Origin: an uncultured Chlorobiota bacterium
GTDB lineage: Bacteria; Bacteroidota; Ignavibacteria; UBA10030; UBA6906
Length of the DNA stretch: 64,000 nucleotides
Direction of reading: 5' to 3'
NCBI GenBank assembly: GCA_900696645.1
Contig: CAADGV010000007.1
Coordinates: 195,029 to 259,028 of the forward strand
Part shown: one piece after another, positions 55,188 to 64,000 of the stretch
Numbering within the stretch: the first letter of the stretch is position 1
How the letters are laid out: each line of letters begins with the position of its first letter
Notes under the pieces: model-generated
What the model was told of the DNA's origin: nothing
What the model saw: the letters and a program-made list of their open reading frames with translations, nothing else
Databases searched by the model: none
Position numbers and translations under genes: made by a program

Positions 55188-56765
55188 ATGAAATCCCTTA
55201 AGTTTCTCGTACTCGCAGTATCGTTTGTTCTTTCAGCCTGCAGTGTCAGTGTGCGGACAGGCGCAGACAAGGCAGCAGAGGCGGCAAAGCTTTCTGCAAG
55301 CAGCGACATTGTTGAACTTACATTTCTCCAACTGAATGATGTGTACGAAATTGCGCCGGTTGAAAACGGCAAGTATGGCGGCATGGCGCGTGTTGCTGCT
55401 GTGCGGCAGAATCTGCTGAAGGAAAATCCCAATATCTTCACTGTACTGGCCGGTGATTTCATCAGCCCCTCGGCGATCGGCACTGCGACGTTTGAGGGAA
55501 AGCGCATCAATGGGGCTCAGATGATCGATGCGATGAATAGTGTTGGTGTTGACTTCGTTACGTTCGGCAATCACGAATTTGATCTCGGCTACGAAGTGTT
55601 GCAGGATCGTATCAACCAATCAAAGTTCATGTGGATTTCATCCAATATCCAGTACACACCGTCGCAGGAAGGATTTGTTGCGCCATTCGAAAAAGTAGTG
55701 AACGGCGTTGCACACCCCCTGCCGGAGTCCCACATCATTCGGGCAAAGAACAGTGCAGGGATGGAAGTCCGCGTTGGTATCTTCGGCTTGACGATTGGAA
55801 GCAATCAGCCTCCGTACGTTGTCTGGACCGATCCTTTCGAGTCCGCACAACGGGTCTATGCCGATCTCAAAACCAAAACCGATATTGTTATTGCCCTCAC
55901 TCATCTTTCAATCGAAGAAGACAGACGACTTGCGGAGTTGATTCCCGACCTGAAGCTTATCCTTGGCGGACATGAACATACAAATATGATGTTCAAGGTA
56001 GGCGAGACGATCATCTCAAAGGCCGATGCAAATGCACGGACAGTGTACATCCATCGCTTGCGCTGGTCGGCTTCGACGAAATCGCTTTCGATTCTTTCGG
56101 AAGTGAGGACTATCGACAGCACAATCCCTGATGAACTGTCAACGGCAAACATTGTGAACGAGTGGACGGCAAGAGCGTATAAGGGATTTCAGGAAAGAGG
56201 ATTTGATCCTGCTGAAGTTGTGACGACGCTTCGTGAACCGCTTGACGGACGGGAAAGTTCAATCCGTTATCGTCAAACAAATCTCGGCTCGCTCGTTGCG
56301 CAATCGATGCGTGCATCGGCATCGAAGTCAGGCATTGCAATCTTCAACAGCGGATCAATTCGTCTCGACGATCAGCTTGCGGGAACAGTGACACAATACG
56401 ACATCATTCGTACACTTCCTTTCGGTGGCAAGCTCGTTGAAGTCGAGATGAAAGGCAGCTTGCTGAAACGGGTTCTCGATGCGGGTCAGAAGAACGTCGG
56501 CAGGGGTGGATTCCTGCAATACGACGGAGTTGCTTTTGACACAACGAAACGCGCCTGGGTTATTGATGGAAAGGCAGTTGACATGAATGCCCGTTATTGG
56601 GTCATCGTGTCCGATTTTCTCTTTTCCGGGAGGGAGACAGGAATTGAGTTTTTCCACAAGGATGATCGGGATGTCGTTTCGGTTGCAGAGCATAATCCTT
56701 CCAACGCTAACGACTTGAGGAAGGATATTCGTCTGGCTGTAATTGCTTTCCTGAAGAGCAATTGA
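55188..56765 (+). CDS. Lipoprotein bifunctional metallophosphatase / 5'-nucleotidase (UshA-like).
   Basis: The lipobox is LSACS. Calcineurin-like motifs are present (LQLNDVY, GDFIS, GNHEFD), and a 5'-nucleotidase C-terminal domain. Confidence 0.8.
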   Translation: MKSLKFLVLAVSFVLSACSVSVRTGADKAAEAAKLSASSDIVELTFLQLNDVYEIAPVENGKYGGMARVAAVRQNLLKENPNIFTVLAGDFISPSAIGTATFEGKRINGAQMIDAMNSVGVDFVTFGNHEFDLGYEVLQDRINQSKFMWISSNIQYTPSQEGFVAPFEKVVNGVAHPLPESHIIRAKNSAGMEVRVGIFGLTIGSNQPPYVVWTDPFESAQRVYADLKTKTDIVIALTHLSIEEDRRLAELIPDLKLILGGHEHTNMMFKVGETIISKADANARTVYIHRLRWSASTKSLSILSEVRTIDSTIPDELSTANIVNEWTARAYKGFQERGFDPAEVVTTLREPLDGRESSIRYRQTNLGSLVAQSMRASASKSGIAIFNSGSIRLDDQLAGTVTQYDIIRTLPFGGKLVEVEMKGSLLKRVLDAGQKNVGRGGFLQYDGVAFDTTKRAWVIDGKAVDMNARYWVIVSDFLFSGRETGIEFFHKDDRDVVSVAEHNPSNANDLRKDIRLAVIAFLKSN

Positions 56766-56880
56766 TTTTGCGGACTGCGTGCAGAATTCCGGGTCAACTT
56801 TTCCTCCGGTTCTACGTATCAGAGGTCGGTCACATTTCATCTCGTTTGCCAATTCACATCACACATAAAAGGAACACATC

Positions 56881-58929
56881 ATGAAGTACACGCCTTCGGC
56901 GCGACGCCGGATAGGAATGCTCGTAACATCTTTCGTCGTAATAGGTTCGCTTCACGCCCAATCCGGTTACAATCAAACCAAACCGCTCGATCCCGCAAAT
57001 ATGGATACGAGTGTCCCGGCGTGCACGGATTTCTACCGCTACGCCAACGGCGGTTGGGTTGACAAGAATCCTGTTCCGGCTGCATACAGCAACTGGGGGA
57101 GTTTCAGCGAGCTAACGGTTCGCAATGACGAGATGCTTCATTCCATCCTTGAATCAAAAGCAAAGAAAGATGCCCCGAGGGGAACATCTTACCAGCTTGT
57201 GGGAGATTTCTATTCAAGCGGCATGGATTCCGCGGGAGCTGAGGCATCGGGTGTCACGCCGTTGCAGGAGGAATTCAGAAGGGTTGAAGCAATCAAGAAT
57301 CTCTCCGATCTCCAAAAAGTGATTGCGCATTTTCATCTCTCCATCGGCAATCCCCTTTTCATGATTTCGTCACAACAGGATTTCAAGAACAGTGAAGAAG
57401 TCATTGCCAGCATCGATCAAGCGGGATTGACATTGCCCGATCGTGACTTTTACGTGAAGGATGATGATCGTTACAAGAATATCCGGCAGGAATATCACAA
57501 CTACATGGTGAAGATTTTCAGCATGCTCGGTGACAAGCAGGCAGCGGCAGAGGCGAATGCGAAGGCTGTAATGAATATCGAAACACGTCTTGCGAACGCA
57601 TCGATGACGCGGGTAGAGTTACGTGACCCTTCAAAGGTATACAACAGAATGGCCGTCAGTGATCTGAAAAAGCTTGTTCCTTCCTTTGGCTGGGATGTGT
57701 ACCTGAAGGATGTGAATCTGCGGAACGTGACATCGCTGAACATTGCACAGCCGGAATTCGTGAAGGAAGTCAACGCAATGCTGAAATCCGTTTCGATCAA
57801 GGACTGGAAAACATATCTTCGCTGGCATTTGATTGACAATGTTGCGCAGTACCTCAACAGTGACTATGTGAATGCCCACTTTGCTTTCCACGGCACTGTG
57901 CTGAACGGGCAAAAAGAACTTCAGCCACGGTGGCGACGGGTTCTTCGAACGATTGACAGAACAGTTGGCGATGCGCTTGGCCAATTATACACCGCAAAGA
58001 CATTCAGGCCGGAGGCAAAGGCCCGGGCATTAGAAATGGTTCACAACCTTCAGGCGGCATTCCGTGAACGCCTTCAGTCGCTGGATTGGATGAGTGATGC
58101 TACAAGAACGAAGGCGCTTGAAAAGCTTGATTCGTTTGTTCCGAAGATCGGCTATACTGATAAATGGAAGACGTACGACGGATTGAAGATCGACAACGGA
58201 GCGTACGTGCTGAACGTGCATCGGGCAAACGAATTCGAAACACGCCGGCAGCTTGAAAAAATCGGCAAGCCCGTTGACCGGACGGAATGGTTCATGACTC
58301 CCTCAACTGTGAACGCGTATTACAATCCGCTGCTGAACGAGATTGTGTTTCCCGCGGGAATTCTCCAGCCGCCGTTTTTCGATCCCAATGCAGATGATGC
58401 CGTAAACTATGGCGGCATGGGTGCAGTGATCGGGCATGAAATTACCCACGGCTTTGACGATCAGGGCCGGCAATTTGACGCAAAAGGCAATCTCTCGGAT
58501 TGGTGGACTGAGGAAGATGCTACACGATTTATCGAGCGTGCAAACATTGTGGAAACGCAATTCAATCAGTATGTGGCAATTGACACACTGAGAGTGAACG
58601 GAAAACTGACGCTGGGAGAAAATATTGCCGATCTCGGCGGACTTGCAATTGCATATCATGCTTTCAAGAAGGCGCAACAGGGCAAAACGACCGGGAAGAT
58701 TGAAGGGTTCACCCCGGAACAGCGTTTCTTCCTTGCGTGGGCCCAAATGTGGCGCCGGAACTATACCCCGGCGAATCTCAAGCAGCGTCTTGTCACAGAT
58801 CCGCATTCTCCGAGCGTCTTCCGGGCAAACGGCCCGATTGCGAACATGCCGCAGTTCTTCGAAGCGTTCGGCTGCAAGGATGGCGACTCGATGGTGCGCC
58901 TCGCCGACAAACAAGTCAAGATCTGGTAG
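56881..58929 (+). CDS. M13-family zinc metallopeptidase (neprilysin/PepO-like).
   Basis: The motifs are HEITHGFD and ENIADLGG, with a C-terminal W. Confidence 0.85.
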   Translation: MKYTPSARRRIGMLVTSFVVIGSLHAQSGYNQTKPLDPANMDTSVPACTDFYRYANGGWVDKNPVPAAYSNWGSFSELTVRNDEMLHSILESKAKKDAPRGTSYQLVGDFYSSGMDSAGAEASGVTPLQEEFRRVEAIKNLSDLQKVIAHFHLSIGNPLFMISSQQDFKNSEEVIASIDQAGLTLPDRDFYVKDDDRYKNIRQEYHNYMVKIFSMLGDKQAAAEANAKAVMNIETRLANASMTRVELRDPSKVYNRMAVSDLKKLVPSFGWDVYLKDVNLRNVTSLNIAQPEFVKEVNAMLKSVSIKDWKTYLRWHLIDNVAQYLNSDYVNAHFAFHGTVLNGQKELQPRWRRVLRTIDRTVGDALGQLYTAKTFRPEAKARALEMVHNLQAAFRERLQSLDWMSDATRTKALEKLDSFVPKIGYTDKWKTYDGLKIDNGAYVLNVHRANEFETRRQLEKIGKPVDRTEWFMTPSTVNAYYNPLLNEIVFPAGILQPPFFDPNADDAVNYGGMGAVIGHEITHGFDDQGRQFDAKGNLSDWWTEEDATRFIERANIVETQFNQYVAIDTLRVNGKLTLGENIADLGGLAIAYHAFKKAQQGKTTGKIEGFTPEQRFFLAWAQMWRRNYTPANLKQRLVTDPHSPSVFRANGPIANMPQFFEAFGCKDGDSMVRLADKQVKIW

Positions 58930-59051
58930 AACTCGAACCGCAAGCAAAAGCGCAATCCCGATTGACGGATGTTGATCGGGATTTTTTATTTGATTGAGAC
59001 TGAGACATGAATCAGATATATTGTCAACGTTTGTAGTACTGTCTTCCTGCA

Positions 59052-59849
59052 TTGTCAATGAGATTGTCAGAAATCAATATCTATCCCATCAAGTCGTGCG
59101 GGCTAATATCGTTGAACGAGGCCGAACTTGAACCACGAGGCCTGCAACATGATCGTCGCTGGCTTGTTGTGGATGATCGGGGAATGTTCATGACGCAACG
59201 CGACTTCCCCCGCATGACGCTGATTTCAATTCAAGTAAAGTCTGACGGCCTGTTTGTGCAAGCGCCGGAGATGGAGCCGCTCTTGGTTCCGTTTGCGACG
59301 GAATCCCGCGAACATATCCCTGTTGTGATATGGAATGACAGTCTCAAAGCGATGCCGGTTGATGGGATGTCTGCGGAGTGGTTCAGCAAATTCCTCGGCG
59401 TGCGCTGTAAGTTGGTGGCAATGACAGATCGCTCGGTTCGTCCTGTTGACAAGAGTTACGCCATCGGCGAAGATGTCGTCAGCTTTGCGGACGGATTTCC
59501 GATGCTGTTGATTTCCGAGGCATCGCTTGCCGATCTCAACTCACGGCTTGACGTTCCGATTCCGATGAAACGCTTTCGCCCGAATCTTGTTGTGGAAGGT
59601 TGCGAGCCTTTTGCCGAAGATACGTGGAAAGAAATCGCAGTCGGCGATGTCCGTATGTATGTTGTGAAACCCTGCGCCCGCTGCACGATTACAACTGTGG
59701 ATACGGCGACAGGGGAAAAAGACCGGGAGCCGCTGCGAACTCTTGCAACATACCGTTCCGTAGGAAATCAGGTGATGTTCGGGCAGAATGTCATTCACGC
59801 AAGCCGTGGAAGAATACGCGTCGGCGACGAAGTACGGGTGATCCGATGA
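59052..59849 (+). CDS. MOSC domain protein (N-terminal beta-barrel + MOSC).
   Basis: The N-terminus is INIYPIKSCGLISL, with the conserved Cys in VVKPCARCTITTVD. Confidence 0.75.
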   Translation: MSMRLSEINIYPIKSCGLISLNEAELEPRGLQHDRRWLVVDDRGMFMTQRDFPRMTLISIQVKSDGLFVQAPEMEPLLVPFATESREHIPVVIWNDSLKAMPVDGMSAEWFSKFLGVRCKLVAMTDRSVRPVDKSYAIGEDVVSFADGFPMLLISEASLADLNSRLDVPIPMKRFRPNLVVEGCEPFAEDTWKEIAVGDVRMYVVKPCARCTITTVDTATGEKDREPLRTLATYRSVGNQVMFGQNVIHASRGRIRVGDEVRVIR

Positions 59850-60844
59850 ATCGTTCAGACAAGACGGTTCGATACGGTATCACGGGATTTGGCCGCTTTG
59901 CGGAAAAAGCAATTGCTCCCGCGATCCAACAATCTCACAATTCAACACTTGTCGCAATTCACAACCGGTCGATGGCAAAGGCGAAAGACGCGGCATCCGC
60001 ATTGAATATTCCTCTCGCATTCAATTCTGTTTCCAATCTTGTCGCCCACCCCGATGTTGATGCTGTGTTTATCGTTTCGGCGAATTCAGCCCACTGCGAG
60101 GAGACTATTCTGGCCGCAGAAGCAGGGAAGCACGTTCTTTGCGAAAAGCCAATGGCGATGAATGTTGCGGAATGTGAACGCATGATTGAAGCCTGCAAGC
60201 AGAACAACGTCAAACTGATGGTGGGGCACATGGTCCGTCTCTCGCCTCTTGTGAAAAGAATGAAGGAACTTGTTCAATCGGGGGCAATCGGAAAAATCAT
60301 CCGGGCGGAATCGGATTTTGTGTATGACGGGAGGCTCAGTTCCCGTGCATGGCTTCTCGACAGAAAGGTGGCGGGAGGCGGTCCAACATTCGATGTCGGA
60401 GTACACTGTCTCGATACGTTGAGATATGTTCTGGATGATGAAGTGATTTCTGTGAAAGGAGAATTGGAACCGGTTGCTGACGGGAGTCGTACCGAGAGTT
60501 CGTCACAGCTTCTTTTGCGTTTCTTTCGCGGGACGATCGCAACGATCTTTTCATCGTATGCGTCGCCGATTCGTGAGAGCCGGATTGAGATCATCGGCAC
60601 AGAGGCGAGAATCTCGAGCGTTGACTTCACCGTGAGCGGATGCCAATCCCAACTACGAATCGAGAAACGAAGTACCGGCGGCACTCCCGATATTGTTATC
60701 GAGGAGTTTGATGTTCCAAATCTGTATACCGGGGAAGTGAACCTTTTCTACGATTGTATTATCAACAACACCGAGCCTTCGCTGAGTGCAGAGAATGCCG
60801 TCAAAAACCAGTACGTGCTGGATCAGGCAATGGCGCTTCACTAA
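59846..60844 (+). CDS. Gfo/Idh/MocA-family NAD(P)-dependent oxidoreductase.
   Basis: The N-terminal Rossmann reads VRYGITGFGRFAEKAIAPA, with the EKP motif (LCEKPMAM). Its start overlaps the MOSC stop (ATGA). Confidence 0.8.
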   Translation: MNRSDKTVRYGITGFGRFAEKAIAPAIQQSHNSTLVAIHNRSMAKAKDAASALNIPLAFNSVSNLVAHPDVDAVFIVSANSAHCEETILAAEAGKHVLCEKPMAMNVAECERMIEACKQNNVKLMVGHMVRLSPLVKRMKELVQSGAIGKIIRAESDFVYDGRLSSRAWLLDRKVAGGGPTFDVGVHCLDTLRYVLDDEVISVKGELEPVADGSRTESSSQLLLRFFRGTIATIFSSYASPIRESRIEIIGTEARISSVDFTVSGCQSQLRIEKRSTGGTPDIVIEEFDVPNLYTGEVNLFYDCIINNTEPSLSAENAVKNQYVLDQAMALH

Positions 60845-60865
60845 CCCGCCACTCGAACAACGGCA

Positions 60866-62425
60866 ATGAACAAACAAACATTTGGCTCCCTCCTCGGAGC
60901 TACCCTCTTCGCCGTGTTGGTGTTTCTGCCTCCCTTTGAAACATTCCGCGTGGCAGCACAACTGTTCGCAGGCGACCAGCACGCTACTCATATTGACATT
61001 CTTGCCCGCTCGATGCAACTCATATCGGGATTGATGGGCTTGATGGTGATCTGGTGGATTACCGAAGTGATGAAACTGGCATACACAGCCTTGCTTCCCC
61101 TTGTCATTCTTCCCCTGTTCGGCGTTATCGGATTGAGCAACAATCAATTGCATGAGTTCAGCATCATCAATACGGCGAAGAACTACTTCAGCCCCGTTGT
61201 GATGCTCTTCTTCGGCGGGTTCCTGCTGGCGGGGGCGATGCGTCGATGGAAACTTGACAGACGGCTGACGCTTTGGATTCTGACGCGGGGTCGGCTCGCT
61301 GAAGATTCCCGCAAGACGTTATTCGGCATGATGGTAGTATCGGCGATTTCTTCGATGTGGATTTCGAACACAGCAACTTGCGCGATGTTGCTGCCACTTA
61401 GCGTAGGTATTCTTACCTACATCGGAGCCGAGCCGGGCAAGTCAAACTTCGGCAAGGCGTTAATGTTGGGAATTGCGTGGGCTGCATCAATCGGCGGCAT
61501 GGGAACGTTGATTGGCACACCCCCCAACGGAATAGCAGTCGGAATTCTCAATACGGCGTTTGCTGGCGATCCAACATACCAGCGCATTACGTTCCTCGAC
61601 TGGATGAAATTTGGAGTTCCTTACGTTATCCTTTTCCTTCCTGTAGCATGGTTTGTTCTCCTGAAAGTCTTTCCTCCTGAAGTCTCATCGTTCGAAGGGG
61701 GAAAGAAGAGGTTGATGGAAGAATTCCGTACACTCGGCCCGATGACAAGGGGAGAAAAGGGATCAATAGTAGTTTTCTTTTGTGCCGTCGTTTTGTGGCT
61801 GGCACTGCCTTTCCGCGAACAGCTTCTCCCCCAACACATTCTTGCTCACATTACATGGCTTGATGAATACACAACCGGTCTCTTTGCGGGAATGGCTTTG
61901 TTTCTTGTACCCGTCAGCTTTCGCGAGCGCACATTTCTCCTCCATTGGAGAGACTTCAAGTACGTCGAATGGGGCGCGCTTGCGATTGTCGGAGGCGGCA
62001 TTGCCCTGTCGGATGGCATGTTCAAAACCGGATTTGCGGCTTGGTTGGCATCGTCGTTTGTTTCGCTTTTCGGCTCTCCCTCAACAATCGAAATGATGTT
62101 TGCAATTGTCCTGTTTATCGATTTGTTGACCGAGGTGGCAACAAACTCGGCCGTCATTTCCATGATGACACCGGTTGTTATCGCCATTGCGCAAACAACA
62201 GGCGAGAATCCGATAGCGCTCTCCATTGCCGCCGCGCTTGCTTCGTCGATGGCATTCATGCTGCCCGTTGCAACTCCCCCCAACGCCCTTGTGTATGGTA
62301 CGGGGTATATCCAACTCAAGGACATGATTAAGGCGGGATTCATTCTGGACATTTTGGGATGGCTGTTTACCATTGGAATTTTGATGGTTTTCGGCTGGTT
62401 TGTATTCGGAGTATTCTCGCTGTGA
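60866..62425 (+). CDS. DASS/SLC13-family (ArsB/NhaD superfamily) anion:Na+ symporter.
   Basis: About 13 TM segments. It has the duplicated hairpin motifs SNTATCAMLLP and PVATPPNALVYG that are typical of DASS transporters. Confidence 0.75.
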   Translation: MNKQTFGSLLGATLFAVLVFLPPFETFRVAAQLFAGDQHATHIDILARSMQLISGLMGLMVIWWITEVMKLAYTALLPLVILPLFGVIGLSNNQLHEFSIINTAKNYFSPVVMLFFGGFLLAGAMRRWKLDRRLTLWILTRGRLAEDSRKTLFGMMVVSAISSMWISNTATCAMLLPLSVGILTYIGAEPGKSNFGKALMLGIAWAASIGGMGTLIGTPPNGIAVGILNTAFAGDPTYQRITFLDWMKFGVPYVILFLPVAWFVLLKVFPPEVSSFEGGKKRLMEEFRTLGPMTRGEKGSIVVFFCAVVLWLALPFREQLLPQHILAHITWLDEYTTGLFAGMALFLVPVSFRERTFLLHWRDFKYVEWGALAIVGGGIALSDGMFKTGFAAWLASSFVSLFGSPSTIEMMFAIVLFIDLLTEVATNSAVISMMTPVVIAIAQTTGENPIALSIAAALASSMAFMLPVATPPNALVYGTGYIQLKDMIKAGFILDILGWLFTIGILMVFGWFVFGVFSL

Positions 62426-62524
62426 TGTCAACTTTTGCTCCTTTTTTTCGTAGAACGGAACCAACAGCTTTCGCTTACTTGTTTCAGTATCATGGAAAAT
62501 GAGCCGTTCTGTAGAATGAGATTC

Positions 62525-64000
62525 ATGAATTCGATCTGCTGGGTTGTTAGCCTAATCTTTCTTCTCCTTCCAACCGTTGCGGTGTCACAGCCCGTGTCGG
62601 GAACGATTGCCGGCAAGGTCCTTCTTCCCAATGAAGACGGTGCGCCAAATGCAATCGTTACTCTTGAGGATACACGACTTGGCGCTGCGACGACTGAAAC
62701 CGGGTCGTTCGTGATTGAAGATGTTCCACCGGGAACGTACAGGCTCAAAGTGAGATTGATCGGGTATGACCAGGGCGAACTTGCTGTTGTACGTGTCCGG
62801 GCAAACGAAACCACGACTGTTGCCGTGACCCTACGCGAGAATGAAATTGAGCTTGCTCAGATACTCATCACAGCAAGTAGAAGACAAGCCGCCGAGGATA
62901 CGCGACCAAGCGTGACTTCCATGACGCCCAAAGACGCGAAGTACCTTCCGGGCGCTGCGGAAGATGTGTTGCGTGGTTTACAGGCGCTGCCGGGTGTTAC
63001 CAGCGTCAGTGATTTCTCGTCCCAACTCGTTGTACGCGGGTCGGGCCCCGATCAGAATCTGATTATGATTGATGGATTCGAGGTCATCAATCCGTACCGG
63101 CTCTACGGGGTTGTTTCGATGTTCAATCCTGAAACGGTAAGCGATATCAGTTTGCAAACAGGCGGGTTTGCGGCGCAATATGGCGACCGGCTTTCTGCAG
63201 TGATTGATGTGAAGAACCGTGAAGGACGTGGCGACGTGCCGCTGGCCGCAAAGCTTAATTTCAGTCTCACCAACATGAACGTAATCCTCGAAGGCGCCTT
63301 ACCGTTCGACGGGTCGTCGTATCTTCTCTCTCTCCGGAGAACATACTACGATCTCATCCTCGGTCCGGTTCTCAAGAGGAACAAACTTGTGGACGGCGAT
63401 GTTGCATTACCGAATTTTCGTGACTTGCAGTTTCGGGCAAGCATGCCTTTCGGAGAATCGAACAAGATCATTCTCAATGCGCTTACATCGCGTGACGGCG
63501 TCTCTCTCATTTCCGGAGCCGAACGTGATCGCGCCGACAGCGTGAGCTTCTTTGATGAATCCTATAACTCAATGGTTGGCGCAACCTGGCAGTTCAATCC
63601 CGACAAGAACCTGATTGTCAACACGCAGCTTTCGTACTATCAGAACAGAGGAGCAGGCGCTTTCGATGGCACGTTTGTCGATCCTTCGCAGAACTCCGGC
63701 AGTATCGGAAGGGGCGACACGCTGAATCTGAGGTTCGTCCGGTTTGCGGTGGATTATGATTACATCTATACAAAAACCTCTGTGGCCCAGAGACTCTTCT
63801 GGAATTCCGGCAGTCACACAGTGGAGGGAGGGTACGGCGTTGATTTCCTTCGGACGGATTTCATCAGGTATTTTCAGATCGACAAGACGTTGAGAGACTT
63901 CATTGTCCAACGCGGGTTTGCCGTTCCGACGGACGAGACAGAGACAGTTCGTTACACTCGCTACAATGCGTTCTTACAGGATCGAATTTCAATTGATGAT
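62525..64000 (+). CDS. TonB-dependent receptor with an N-terminal carboxypeptidase-regulatory-like domain. It is 3'-truncated by the window edge.
   Basis: A signal peptide MNSICWVVSLIFLLLPTVAVSQ. A CarbopepD_reg fold (TGSFVIEDVPPGTYRLKVRLIGY). Plug-domain motifs follow (LQALPGVT, DGFEVINPYRLYG). The ORF continues past position 64000. Confidence 0.65.
   Translation, partial: MNSICWVVSLIFLLLPTVAVSQPVSGTIAGKVLLPNEDGAPNAIVTLEDTRLGAATTETGSFVIEDVPPGTYRLKVRLIGYDQGELAVVRVRANETTTVAVTLRENEIELAQILITASRRQAAEDTRPSVTSMTPKDAKYLPGAAEDVLRGLQALPGVTSVSDFSSQLVVRGSGPDQNLIMIDGFEVINPYRLYGVVSMFNPETVSDISLQTGGFAAQYGDRLSAVIDVKNREGRGDVPLAAKLNFSLTNMNVILEGALPFDGSSYLLSLRRTYYDLILGPVLKRNKLVDGDVALPNFRDLQFRASMPFGESNKIILNALTSRDGVSLISGAERDRADSVSFFDESYNSMVGATWQFNPDKNLIVNTQLSYYQNRGAGAFDGTFVDPSQNSGSIGRGDTLNLRFVRFAVDYDYIYTKTSVAQRLFWNSGSHTVEGGYGVDFLRTDFIRYFQIDKTLRDFIVQRGFAVPTDETETVRYTRYNAFLQDRISIDD

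Noticed and set aside
62428-62814. A 128-aa minus-strand ORF overlapping the start of the TonB-dependent receptor gene.
   Set aside because: The plus strand encodes a clear signal peptide plus CarbopepD_reg/plug domains. The minus ORF has no motifs and overlaps it completely.

Overview
This is a 64 kb, gene-dense chromosomal window (~50% GC) from a Gram-negative, FCB-group-like bacterium (Bacteroidota/Ignavibacteriota-type). The placement rests on a T9SS C-terminal sorting domain, a DUF4922/HIT plus GT2 pair, AmpG and LTXXQ motifs. Almost all genes are on the + strand, and no rRNA, tRNA or CRISPR was recognised. In order, the window contains the following.
(1) A peptidoglycan remodelling and recycling cluster at 1-10.6 kb: SpoIID/LytB, MurNAc-L-Ala amidase, AmpG, a two-domain GT2, a GalT-like HIT protein, an FHA-anchored lytic transglycosylase, a NamZ-like DUF1343 protein and YmdB.
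(2) A patch of small inverted-repeat-bounded elements carrying whole or decayed GxxExxY (PD-(D/E)xK) genes, located around folD, a ferritin-like protein, DUF309 and a ferredoxin.
(3) Housekeeping genes: MBL hydrolase, a Rieske protein, queG and trxB.
(4) A propeller-type HisKA_3 sensor kinase with a LuxR-family response regulator, followed by an arylamine N-acetyltransferase.
(5) A surface/secretion group: a T9SS cargo protein, a large lipoprotein with a caspase-like His/Cys dyad, two OM beta-barrels, a membrane-tethered cytochrome c and a cupredoxin-like protein.
(6) A heat-shock island with three Hsp20 genes and lon.
(7) sppA, an HU protein, a Zn-ribbon/TPR protein, a 31-aa bS22 ribosomal protein gene, a ytxH/DUF948 pair, an EF-G2 paralog, a HIT protein and an ECF sigma / anti-sigma / CpxP-like envelope-stress module.
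(8) A purine-catabolism island with no recognisable uricase: allantoinase, allantoicase, OHCU decarboxylase, an unknown TIM-barrel lyase-like protein, a stray trpF, a GDSL esterase, HIU hydrolase and divergent xdhAB/xdhC.
(9) murB, a 5'-nucleotidase, an M13 peptidase, a MOSC protein, a Gfo/Idh/MocA oxidoreductase, a DASS transporter and the 5' part of a TonB-dependent receptor.
All functional calls come from motifs read directly in the translated ORFs. No database search was run.
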